Assembly (NCBI GenBank): GCA_964534305.1
Contig: CAZHPR010000002.1
Span: 27,986 to 91,985 of the forward strand
DNA from: an uncultured Candidatus Saccharibacteria bacterium
Lineage (GTDB): Bacteria; Patescibacteriota; Minisyncoccia; Phycocordibacterales; WO2-35-19
Direction: 5' to 3'
Length of the DNA stretch: 64,000 nt
The notes under the pieces were generated by a model. The model worked only from the letters and a program-made list of their open reading frames with translations, was not told where the DNA came from and made no database searches. Both the position numbers and the translations under genes were made by a program. The stretch's first letter is position 1. Every line of letters begins with the position of its first letter. Shown here piece by piece: positions 55,613 through 64,000 of the stretch.

Positions 55613-56632
55613 TTATCTTAAAAATTTTTTGACTTCTTTTTGTACCAAACTAGATTTTGGTGGGAGCCAGATGATACTCTTGTCCTTCTTGAAATAAGTC
55701 ATTTGGCGTTTTGCATAATGCCAGATTTCTTTTTGCAACCTATCTATCATTTCTAGCTTGGTTATTTTTTTATCCAAAAGGTCTGCCATTGCTCCATATT
55801 CAAGACCAAGCCCTCTCATTCTTTTGTAACTTAAACCTTTCTTGTAAAGTCTCTTTGCTTCTTGTATCATCCCTGATTTTATTCTTTTTTCTAACCTTTT
55901 GTTTATTCTTTTCCTCAACTTCTCTTCATCTAAAAAATAACTCACCCTGCCCTCTCTTACTACAAGAGAGGGTTCTGGGAGCCCCTTCCTATTGTTGTAA
56001 GAGGAAGGGGTGGGGGATGGAGTTATCGGCGCAACACCAATCTTCAAAACATCATATTTCCTAGATGCTAGGTACTGGCTACTAGCTACTTGCTTCGGGA
56101 CTTTTCCCAAAGCTTTGCAGATTTCTATCGCCCGCACTAGTCTCCTTGGATTTTTGCTATCAATGTTTGAAGCTCTTTCTGGATCAAGTTTTTGTAAAAT
56201 TTTAAAAAGTTCTTCTGTGGTCTTTTGTTCTAATTCTTTTCTTAACTCCAAATTGGGTGGGACTTCTGGAATAATTTTTTCTCCCAAAAAAGCGTCTATA
56301 TAAAAACCTGTTCCTCCACATATGATGGGTATTTTTTTCTTGTTAACAATTTGGACGGTCGTCTTATTTGTTAATGAGACAAAATCAGAAGCGGTAAAAA
56401 CTTTTTTTGGAGAGCAGACATCGAGTAGGTGGTGGGGGACACCCTGCATTTCTTTTTTGGTAATTTTGCCGGTACCAATATTTAGACCTTTATAAACTTG
56501 TCTTGAGTCAGCAGAGATTACCTCTCCGCCAAACTTTTTGGCAATTTGTACAGCCAAGTCGCTCTTGCCACTTGCAGTAGGTCCTAGGATTACAATTGTT
56601 TTGGGTAAGTTATTTTTCTCTGACATAGGCAA
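55613..56632 (-). CDS. miaA: tRNA dimethylallyltransferase, with a C-terminal extension/insert
   Basis: IVILGPTASGKSDLAVQIAKKFGGEVISADSRQVYKGLNIGTGK P-loop signature. 339 aa, with an inserted ITPSPTPSS segment. Confidence 0.85.
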   Translation of the reverse strand: MPMSEKNNLPKTIVILGPTASGKSDLAVQIAKKFGGEVISADSRQVYKGLNIGTGKITKKEMQGVPHHLLDVCSPKKVFTASDFVSLTNKTTVQIVNKKKIPIICGGTGFYIDAFLGEKIIPEVPPNLELRKELEQKTTEELFKILQKLDPERASNIDSKNPRRLVRAIEICKALGKVPKQVASSQYLASRKYDVLKIGVAPITPSPTPSSYNNRKGLPEPSLVVREGRVSYFLDEEKLRKRINKRLEKRIKSGMIQEAKRLYKKGLSYKRMRGLGLEYGAMADLLDKKITKLEMIDRLQKEIWHYAKRQMTYFKKDKSIIWLPPKSSLVQKEVKKFLR

Positions 56633-56846
56633 ATCTCGGTCCTTTGTATCCGATTTCAGGCTTGTCTATCTTCTCTAGAAACATAGCAATAGGTCTCACC
56701 CACATTGTGTTTGCCTCCTTTCCTTTCATAGGATCAGGGTGTATATAAACAACCATTTGTTCCTGTGTTTCGCTGTGTAGAGCGACCCCGATTACCTCAA
56801 CTTCTGTTCCTTTAAAATATCTGTAAATACCCTTTTTGATTTCCAT
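56610..56846 (-). CDS. DUF1653 domain protein
   Basis: YRYFKGTEVEVIGVALHSETQEQMVVY...WVRPIAMF matches the DUF1653 core. Confidence 0.6.
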   Translation of the reverse strand: MEIKKGIYRYFKGTEVEVIGVALHSETQEQMVVYIHPDPMKGKEANTMWVRPIAMFLEKIDKPEIGYKGPRFAYVREK

Positions 56847-56928
56847 TTTTGTTTTGGTCTGTATTGATTTTAGACCTATTTATAGTAAAGTTGATTATAG
56901 GATAAAGATTTAAAGTTATCAATTAATG

Positions 56929-57009
56929 CCGGAGTGGCGGAATGGTAGACGCGCACGACTCAAAATCGTGTCTCGCAAGGGGTGAGAGTTCAAGTCTCTC
57001 CTCCGGCAC
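56929..57009 (+). tRNA. tRNA-Leu (CAA), type II
   Basis: Acceptor GCCGGAG/CTCCGGC, anticodon loop CTCAAAA, long variable arm, T-arm GAGAGTTCAAGTCTCTC. Confidence 0.8.
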
Positions 57010-57101
57010 AACGAAAAGGTTTGCAATTAATAATAAAAAGCTACATGCATACATAGTTGGCATGGTTCTTGGTGATATAAATCCATAAAACAATTAATGG
57101 A

Positions 57102-57815
57102 TTAAATTTTTACAGTCTTTTGATTGCTTACAAATTCATACCACGGTCCAGCCAAAAATCCCCAAGTAAATCCCCAAATCATCTCTGTCAAAGGGATGTC
57201 TACTATTCGTATATCTAGTCTTGAGTTGTATAGTAACCAGCCTTTTGATAATAGTTCTTCACTGTTAGCAACGAAATTGTATAGGAATATATAACATACA
57301 AACATAACCAACATTACTCCAAATCCGCTACCAACAGCATTAATAAATAGATCATGCCTTATTATGATAATAACCAAAGCTGTAATTCCAAAGGCTATTG
57401 CGGAAGCATATATTGAATTTAAACCCAATTTTAATGATATCAAAAGGAAAATAGTAAAAGTTAACGCTAAATATATAGATTTGACAGCATGTTTTGAATT
57501 TTTTGAAAACTTAGAAAGTTTTTTCCTAAATAATATCTCATAAACTATCGCTGATATTCCTCCGATAGAAAATCCAAAAATAATATCTTCTACCATTAAA
57601 GGGAATTTGCCTATAAAAATAGGAAAAATACTTTCAGGAAGCCAGTAATCTCTAAAATATATTATTTCACTAAATGGGCCTAATATTGCTGCTATATAGC
57701 TCATTCTGAGTTGTTCTTTTCGGGTGTCTTTTCTAATAAGAAAGAGCAGTATCCATACTAAAATAAATGGAATTGTTAGAACTATATACCCATACTGAAA
57801 GGGTAGATTAATCAC
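57102..57815 (-). CDS. polytopic membrane protein with two lycopene-cyclase-domain-like repeats
   Basis: 6-7 TM helices. Two copies of a P-L-x-x-E-(D/M) motif (FPLMVEDIIFGF; IPLTEMIWGF) as in CrtYcd-type lycopene cyclase domains. Tentative. Confidence 0.4.
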   Translation of the reverse strand: MINLPFQYGYIVLTIPFILVWILLFLIRKDTRKEQLRMSYIAAILGPFSEIIYFRDYWLPESIFPIFIGKFPLMVEDIIFGFSIGGISAIVYEILFRKKLSKFSKNSKHAVKSIYLALTFTIFLLISLKLGLNSIYASAIAFGITALVIIIIRHDLFINAVGSGFGVMLVMFVCYIFLYNFVANSEELLSKGWLLYNSRLDIRIVDIPLTEMIWGFTWGFLAGPWYEFVSNQKTVKI

Positions 57816-57881
57816 TGTTTTATTTTATCATACTAAATTAACCTTTTATATTTATTCAAAATAATTTTATGGTAATATGGT

Positions 57882-58913
57882 TTGGTAATGAATAGCAATT
57901 CAAATTTTTATCAGAATTCAATATTTTGGGTTGAGGTAGATAAGATAAAGCCAAACCCTTTTCAACCAAGGCGAGAGTTTGATCCTGTTGCGCTGCAAGC
58001 TCTGGCCGACTCTATAAAACAGTATGGGGTACTTCAGGCCTTAGTTGTAACTCGCAAAGAATTTCAAAAAGAGGATGGTCTTGGGGTAGAATACGAACTG
58101 ATTGCTGGAGAAAGAAGACTCCGCGCCTCAAAGCTTGCTGGCCTTTCTCAGGTGCCGGTGCTTATAAGGATGGGTGATGATAACAAAGCAGATGATGACC
58201 TAATGAAATTGGAGCTAGCAATAATAGAAAATGTCCAAAGAGAAGATCTAAATCCGGTAGAGAGAGCTAGAGCTTTCAAAAAGCTAGCAGATGAATTTGG
58301 TTTTAAACACCATCAGATTGCACAAAAGATAGGCAAGAGCAGAGTCTATGTGACTAACACAATGCGCATTTTGGACTTGCCGGAAGAGATGCTCACCGCC
58401 CTTTCTGAAGGCAAGATAACAGAAGGACACACAAGACCACTCCTTATGCTTATAGAAAGACCTGAGGAACAAAAAGTTTTGTTCAAAGATATCTTGCTTC
58501 ACAAGATGAATGTACGTGATGCAGAGACTGCTGCAAGGAAGATTGCAATAGAAAGGGTAAGACGATTCAAATCAGATATTGACCCGACAATCTCCGCTTT
58601 TGAAGAGAAGTTTACAGAAAGTTTGGGTACCAGAGTTCAAATAGAAAAGAGAGACAATGGCGGCAAATTGATGATTGAGTTCTTTTCTTATGATGATTTG
58701 GAAGATTTGTTAAAACAGCTTAAGGGCGAGATTTCTAATGCTGTAGAAAGTGCCAACAGCGCTCAAACTCCTGATACCGCGCCAGAACAAAATCCAATTG
58801 ACGATAGGATGCCAGAGGACGTAAAGAAGCTTGAAGATACCCCGATACCAACAGAAGAAGAGGTTGCAAACTCAGACGATGATCTATATTCAATAAAAAA
58901 TTTCAGTATCTAG
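57882..58913 (+). CDS. parB: ParB/Spo0J chromosome partitioning protein with a long acidic C-terminal tail
   Basis: ParB box II GERRLRASKLAGL, an HTH (IAQKIGKSRVYVTN), and C-terminal dimerisation plus a low-complexity tail. Confidence 0.85.
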   Translation: MVMNSNSNFYQNSIFWVEVDKIKPNPFQPRREFDPVALQALADSIKQYGVLQALVVTRKEFQKEDGLGVEYELIAGERRLRASKLAGLSQVPVLIRMGDDNKADDDLMKLELAIIENVQREDLNPVERARAFKKLADEFGFKHHQIAQKIGKSRVYVTNTMRILDLPEEMLTALSEGKITEGHTRPLLMLIERPEEQKVLFKDILLHKMNVRDAETAARKIAIERVRRFKSDIDPTISAFEEKFTESLGTRVQIEKRDNGGKLMIEFFSYDDLEDLLKQLKGEISNAVESANSAQTPDTAPEQNPIDDRMPEDVKKLEDTPIPTEEEVANSDDDLYSIKNFSI

Positions 58914-60316
58914 ACCAAATTCCTTATATGCTTTCTGGCAAGGCTCGTTTTTACATAATCGAGCCATTTGCGCTTTGGCTTTGCGTTTTTGTTGGTGATT
59001 ATCTCTACAATATCTCCACTCTTTAATTCTGTTTCTAGAGATGACATTTTGTTGTTTATCTTTGCTCCGGCGGTATGATTGCCTATGTCTGAATGTATCG
59101 CATAAGCAAAATCAAGCACCGAAGAACCCAGAGGCAGATCTACGACGTCTCCTTTTGGTGTAAATACAAAAATCTTGTCACTCAGAAGTTCTTCTTTCAT
59201 TTCTCTCAGACTGTTTTCTGTCATATTCCTTATCCAAGAAAAAACTTCTTTTTTATTTTTGTTTTGAGTTTTGTATATAATATGTGAAGCGACTCCGTAT
59301 TCAGCTTCCTTGTGCATGTCTTCTGTCCTTATTTGTACCTCAACGATATCACCATTACCGGTAAAGACCGTAGTGTGCAAGCTTTGGTAGCCGTTTTTCT
59401 TTGGAAAGGCTATATAATCTTTTATCCTGCCGGGCATTGGTTTCCAGTTTGAGTGAATAACACCAAGTAGTTTGTAACACTCGGACTGATCTTTTATTGT
59501 TATCCTGATTGCGAGGATATCGTATATTCGGTCAAAGTCTTTTTTGTTTTTTATATATTTTTTATAAAGACTATAGGTACCTTTTACCCTATAATCAATT
59601 TTGAAATCTTTGAATCCAGATTTTACCAACTCTTTTGCAACTGATCTTCTAAATTTGTCTAGTGATTCAAGCCTTTCTTTTTCTCCTATCTTTAGTAGTG
59701 ATGTTATTTCATCGAAGCCTTCTTTGTTGACGTATGGGAATGAGAGATCCTCTAGCTCTCTAGATAATTTTCTTATTCCAAGTCTGTAAGCAATAGGGGC
59801 GTATATTTCTAAAGTTTCCATCGCTATCCGGTGTTGCTTTTCTTTTGGGACAAACTCAAGTGTCCTCATGTTGTGTAGTCTGTCGCAGAGCTTTACTATC
59901 AGAACTCTGATATCTTCTCCGGTAGCTATAAGTAATTTGCGTAGAGATTCGTTGTGTTTGTCAGCACCATGATAGCGCAAGGTTCCTATTTTTGTAACTC
60001 CTTCAACAATAAACCTTATTTCTTCCCCAAACTCTTTTTCCAGATCTTCTTTTTTTGTCTCTGTGTCTTCGAGTACATCATGCAAAAAACCAGCAGCTAC
60101 CGCCTTGCTGTCCATACCAAGTTCTGCAATATTTTTTGCTGTTTCAAATAGGTGATAGTAGTAAGGCTCTCCACTGTTTCTCTTTTGGTCACCGTGAGCT
60201 GTTTTTGCAAAATTATAAGCCTTTTCCAAGAGAAATTTCTCTTCGGGGGTGATATTTTTTATGATAGAAATTATGTTTTGAATATCGTATTTCTCCATAA
60301 AAGAATAATACAACAA
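58910..60316 (-). CDS. rel: bifunctional (p)ppGpp synthetase/hydrolase of the RelA/SpoT family (short, HD + synthetase + TGS)
   Basis: HD motif HLFETA...HDVLEDT. Synthetase block (DILAIRI...YQSLHTTV). TGS-like VFTPKGDVVDLPLGSSVLDFAY. Confidence 0.8.
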   Translation of the reverse strand: MLYYSFMEKYDIQNIISIIKNITPEEKFLLEKAYNFAKTAHGDQKRNSGEPYYYHLFETAKNIAELGMDSKAVAAGFLHDVLEDTETKKEDLEKEFGEEIRFIVEGVTKIGTLRYHGADKHNESLRKLLIATGEDIRVLIVKLCDRLHNMRTLEFVPKEKQHRIAMETLEIYAPIAYRLGIRKLSRELEDLSFPYVNKEGFDEITSLLKIGEKERLESLDKFRRSVAKELVKSGFKDFKIDYRVKGTYSLYKKYIKNKKDFDRIYDILAIRITIKDQSECYKLLGVIHSNWKPMPGRIKDYIAFPKKNGYQSLHTTVFTGNGDIVEVQIRTEDMHKEAEYGVASHIIYKTQNKNKKEVFSWIRNMTENSLREMKEELLSDKIFVFTPKGDVVDLPLGSSVLDFAYAIHSDIGNHTAGAKINNKMSSLETELKSGDIVEIITNKNAKPKRKWLDYVKTSLARKHIRNLV

Positions 60317-60347
60317 AAAACAATTTTTTCAATATTCTGAATTATAT

Positions 60348-62531
60348 CTATTCAGTCTTCTTTTTTCTCCTTGCAAACCTACTTTTCTTTGGCTCTTTGA
60401 GTATCTCTAGGGCTCTTTCAAGCGTTATGGTGTAAACATTATCTTCTTTTATAGAACGAAAATCATCTTGATGAACGATGTATGGACCAAACCTACCTAT
60501 GTTTGCGGTAATCATTTCTCCAGTTTCTGGATGCTTACCCAATTCTCTCGGTAGGCTAAGGTAATGTAGAGCATCTTCAAGAGTTACTTCATTTGGATCC
60601 TTATCTTTGGGTATACTAGCTCTCCTTGGCTTTTTGTTTTTATCATCTTTGTTGCCGACTTGTACATACGGACCAAACCTGCCGTCCATTACAAATATTG
60701 GCATACGAGTAGCCGGGTCTTCTCCTATCGGCTCTGCTTCTTTTATCTCTTCTCCATTTATATTTCTCATCCCCTTACATTCTGGAAATTTTTCACAAGA
60801 AAGAAATTTGCCACCACGTCCGAGTTTTACAACCATACCACTTCCACAAAGAGGACATTTGTAATCCTTGTCTGCTTCTCCTAGGGTTGTTAGCTTGTCT
60901 ATTTTTTCTTTTGATTTTACTTCCTTTAGGAATGGCGTATAGAATTCTTTTAAAGTTTTTATATACTCTGCTTTGCCTTCAGCTATTTTGTCTAGCTGGT
61001 CTTCCATTTCTGCGGTAAAGTTGTCGCTTATGTACGACTCAAAATTGTTTTCTAAGAAAGTGGAGACAACATCTCCAGTGTCGGTCGGTACCAAAGCCTT
61101 ATTGTCTTTTATCACATATTCTCTATCTACCAACGTTTTTATAATTGATGCATAAGTAGAAGGTCTGCCGATGCCTCTCTTTTCTAACTCCTTGACTAGA
61201 CCCGCTTCAGAGTACCTGTTTGGTGGCTGTGTTTGTTTGCCCTCACTTTCTATTTTTTTCAAAGTTAAGGTATCTCCCTTTTCTGTCTTTGGTAGTTCTA
61301 CATCTTCTCCTCTAGCTCGTGGATCTGCTTTGAGCCAACCTTCATAAATAACCCTCTGGCCGTTTGAAGAAAAGTTCGGTATACCTTCGTCTTCTATATT
61401 TGCTTCTATCTTGGTGCGTAGCATTGTTGCGTCCTTCATCTGGCTAGCAACAGTCCTCGCCCAGATAAGATTGTAAAGTTTTTTTTGCTCCTCGGTATGT
61501 CCTAGGGATTCTTTGTTCAAATTTGTTGGTCTTATCGCTTCATGCGCTTCTTGGGCGTTTTTTGCTTTTTTTGAAAATAGTCTTACTTGAAAAAGATTTG
61601 GTCCATATTTGCTCTCTACGACATTTCGTATTTGACCAATTGCATTTTGTGAAAGGTTTGTTGAATCCGTACGCATATAAGTTATGTAGCCGGCCTCGTA
61701 TAATTTTTGGGCAATACCCATAGTTCTAGAAGGTGAAAATCCTAATCTAGAAGAGGCTGCTTGTTGCAATGTTGATGTTATAAAAGGTGGGCGAGGCGAT
61801 CTCTTTACTTCCGTTTCTGTGATGTCGACAATTTTCCATTTACCAGCCTTTCCTTTTTCTACAATTCTCTCTGCCTCAACCGCTGTCTTTGGTTCTTCGT
61901 TGCAGACAAAGGGCATCTCTACATTTGCTTTGTTTGAAAGGTTTGCGGTAATTACCCAAAAATCTTCTGGTTTGAAATTTCTTATTTCTCTTTCTCTTTC
62001 CATTATTATTCGCAAAGCGGGGGATTGTACTCTGCCGGCGGAGAGTCCGTATCTTACCTTTTTCCAAATAAGGCCCGAGAGATCGTAGCCGACTAGTCGG
62101 TCCAAAACTCTTCTCGCTTCTTGCGCCTCCTTTAGATTCTCATCAATTTTTCTTGGGTGCTTCAGTGCTTCTTCTATCGCTTCTTTTGTAATCTCGTGAT
62201 AGGTGACTCTCTTTATCTTTGATTTGTCTACGCCGCCCCTTATAAGTTCAGAAAGGTGCCAGGCGATGGCTTCTCCTTCTCTGTCGGGGTCGGTTGCAAG
62301 CAATACTTCGTCGGCTTTCTTTGCGAGTGACTTTATTTCTTCTACCACTCTTTCCTTGCCTTTGCTTATTTCATAGTGCGGGATGAAGCCCCCTTCTATA
62401 TCTATCGCTTTCTTGTTGCTCTTGGGCAAATCTCTTATATGCCCAACAGAGGCGACCACTTTATAATCGCCTCCCAAGTATTTTGAAATTGTTTTTGATT
62501 TTGCAGGGGACTCTACGATTAATAGACGCAT
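60348..62531 (-). CDS. topA: DNA topoisomerase I
   Basis: TOPRIM N-terminus MRLLIVESPAKSKTI...GHIRDLP, the active-site Tyr region, and a C-terminal C4 zinc ribbon (CPLCGSGMVVK...CEKFPEC). Confidence 0.9.
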   Translation of the reverse strand: MRLLIVESPAKSKTISKYLGGDYKVVASVGHIRDLPKSNKKAIDIEGGFIPHYEISKGKERVVEEIKSLAKKADEVLLATDPDREGEAIAWHLSELIRGGVDKSKIKRVTYHEITKEAIEEALKHPRKIDENLKEAQEARRVLDRLVGYDLSGLIWKKVRYGLSAGRVQSPALRIIMEREREIRNFKPEDFWVITANLSNKANVEMPFVCNEEPKTAVEAERIVEKGKAGKWKIVDITETEVKRSPRPPFITSTLQQAASSRLGFSPSRTMGIAQKLYEAGYITYMRTDSTNLSQNAIGQIRNVVESKYGPNLFQVRLFSKKAKNAQEAHEAIRPTNLNKESLGHTEEQKKLYNLIWARTVASQMKDATMLRTKIEANIEDEGIPNFSSNGQRVIYEGWLKADPRARGEDVELPKTEKGDTLTLKKIESEGKQTQPPNRYSEAGLVKELEKRGIGRPSTYASIIKTLVDREYVIKDNKALVPTDTGDVVSTFLENNFESYISDNFTAEMEDQLDKIAEGKAEYIKTLKEFYTPFLKEVKSKEKIDKLTTLGEADKDYKCPLCGSGMVVKLGRGGKFLSCEKFPECKGMRNINGEEIKEAEPIGEDPATRMPIFVMDGRFGPYVQVGNKDDKNKKPRRASIPKDKDPNEVTLEDALHYLSLPRELGKHPETGEMITANIGRFGPYIVHQDDFRSIKEDNVYTITLERALEILKEPKKSRFARRKKKTE

Positions 62532-62624
62532 GGGTTAAAAATTAAAAGTTATGGATTTAAGAATAAAGAATAAAACCAAAAATTGCAAAAACTTCTCCTC
62601 ACACTCTCTACTTATAGTGGTGTG

Positions 62625-62677
62625 CCAAGGGGCGCCCTTGGCAGATGGTGACGGGGGTGTCAAAGGGCGCCTTTGAC
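62625..62677. promoter_or_regulatory. pair of related perfect palindromes (ccaaggggcgcccttgg; gtcaaagggcgcctttgac) upstream of topA
   Basis: Seen directly, with a shared GGGCGCC core. Candidate operator or terminator elements. Confidence 0.4.
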
Positions 62678-62777
62678 ATATGCGAGGGGAGACACGGGCG
62701 GGATAAATCAAAAGGCTCCGGGGCTGTGAGTGGGTATCTCTACCACACATCACAACTCCGGAGCTGTAGTCCGAGAA

Positions 62778-62999
62778 TCATTGATTCTTCTTCATCTCGG
62801 CGTGAAGGTCGTTGCATCCTCTTAGCGACCCGTGGCCGCCAAGGGAGGTTCTCGCGTCGCACTCGGCGACAGCAATACCTCTCCTGACTTCACTCACAAT
62901 TTTGTTGGCGGCCTCGACCATCAGGGGGACGGCATTAATTAATCCCCACCAGATAATCAAGGAAAAAAATACCAGAGGAACTATTGGGTGTTTCAACAT
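62778..62999 (-). CDS. small (73 aa) membrane-anchored hypothetical protein, GC-rich
   Basis: An AAGGAG RBS lies 7 nt before the ATG at 62999 (internal start of ORF-track 62778..63068). One TM helix. Confidence 0.4.
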   Translation of the reverse strand: MLKHPIVPLVFFSLIIWWGLINAVPLMVEAANKIVSEVRRGIAVAECDARTSLGGHGSLRGCNDLHAEMKKNQ

Positions 63000-63092
63000 A
63001 CTCCTTATATTAAAACATATTTGTATGTAAAAAGCAAAAGGCCCTGGGTGCTCGTAGTGAGCTCCCAAGGGCCTTGGTTTCCAAGACGATGC

Positions 63093-63230
63093 CTATGGCA
63101 TCGTCTTGATCAGAGCGAAGAGGGGCGCGAAGCCCGTCTCCGCAATCTTTTTTACTGCGGGGTCCATGATGGTCCCGGCAGCGATGGCAGCAAGTGCCCA
63201 CATCGCCGCCAAAGTAACGAGTCTGCTCAT
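63093..63230 (-). CDS. small (45 aa) hydrophobic hypothetical protein
   Basis: A GGAGGA RBS precedes the ATG. Not in the ORF track. GC-rich. Confidence 0.3.
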   Translation of the reverse strand: MSRLVTLAAMWALAAIAAGTIMDPAVKKIAETGFAPLFALIKTMP

Positions 63231-63317
63231 GCCGTCCTCCTGCTATATATTATAGCATACTCTTATAAAAATTGCAATATATCAGCCGATGAGGTGGGGT
63301 GGAAAATGTTCAGGTCG

Positions 63318-64000
63318 TCAAACAAGCCTTATTTCACCGAGCTTTTCTTCTATCAGGCCTTTTATTTCTAGGAGGGTGAGGAGGGTCTGGATTTCGGATA
63401 CGGGTAATTGCGCTGAGGCGGTGCGGATAAGCAAGTCTCTCTCCATGGGGGTTTCTAGTATCTTTATCAAAAATATTTCTTTCTCACTACACTCACTATA
63501 TTTGTTATTTATGTCTTTATCTTGAATCTTTAATCTTACATCGTAATTCATATCCAAGGTGCTTATATGTAATGCCTCGAGGATATCGTCGGAGTTTCTG
63601 ATCGGTGTTGCCCCGAGTTTGAGAAGCAGGTGTGGCCCGTCTGAATTGGGAGAAAATATTGAACCAGGAACTACGAGCACATCTCGGTTGTACCCCGTGG
63701 CAAGCTTGGCGGTGATGAGGGTTCCTGATTTTGTCTCTGCCTCTACGATGAGCACTGCGTGGCACATCCCAGCCATTATCCTATTGCGTTGTGGAAAGCT
63801 CCACTGCGTTGCTTTAAAATCATTTTCGTATTCTGAGATAAGCGTCCCACCACTTCCGACGATTTCTTCTGCAAGGGAGACGTGTGTTGATGGGTGTAGG
63901 GCCACAGGCGAGAGTCCTGATCCGGGGACAGCAATCGTTGGCAATTTATTTTTGATAGCGGCTCTGTGAGAGAGCGAGTCGATGCCGAGCGCAAGCCCAG
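63318..64000 (-). CDS. dprA: DNA processing protein DprA (Smf), N-terminus beyond the window edge
   Basis: FPQRNRIMAGMCHAVLIVEAETKSGTLITA and RDVLVVPGSIFSPNSDGPHLLLKLGA are DprA Rossmann-domain hallmarks. The frame is open to position 64000. Confidence 0.75.
   Translation of the reverse strand, partial: GLALGIDSLSHRAAIKNKLPTIAVPGSGLSPVALHPSTHVSLAEEIVGSGGTLISEYENDFKATQWSFPQRNRIMAGMCHAVLIVEAETKSGTLITAKLATGYNRDVLVVPGSIFSPNSDGPHLLLKLGATPIRNSDDILEALHISTLDMNYDVRLKIQDKDINNKYSECSEKEIFLIKILETPMERDLLIRTASAQLPVSEIQTLLTLLEIKGLIEEKLGEIRLV

Overview
This is a low-GC (~35-40%), gene-dense bacterial window with short intergenic spacers and compact versions of core proteins. That pattern fits a reduced-genome lineage such as a Candidate Phyla Radiation/Patescibacteria-like bacterium. 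Recognisable housekeeping genes include pyrG, secG, groES/groEL, valS, tsaD, gyrA, rnpB, rbfA-infB, IscS-like, clpB, murC, murD, rpmG, miaA, parB, rel, topA and dprA (partial). There are nine tRNAs, among them a four-tRNA cluster. The accessory content I would look at first is: (1) a tandem array of seven paralogous small two-TM membrane proteins (35.6-38.3 kb) whose architecture resembles VirB2/TrbC-type T4SS pilins. It sits between a TM-anchored SBP-like protein and a convergent polytopic membrane protein whose C-terminal domain is compositionally foreign and SLT-like. (2) A methyltransferase-methyltransferase-NADAR cassette bounded by near-identical 68-bp direct repeats that both include a start codon. 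(3) Two discrete high-GC islands after groEL, one of which (~365 nt) has its own sigma70 promoter and intrinsic terminator and looks like an unidentified structured RNA. (4) GC-rich mosaic blocks next to tRNA genes, including a 23-bp duplication of a tRNA-Leu 3' end and a VanX-like dipeptidase wedged between murC and murD. (5) Dispersed palindromic/repeat elements, including an in-frame GC palindrome inside tsaD. No CRISPR array, rRNA or obvious transposase was seen. All functional calls come from motif recognition by eye; none was confirmed by a search.
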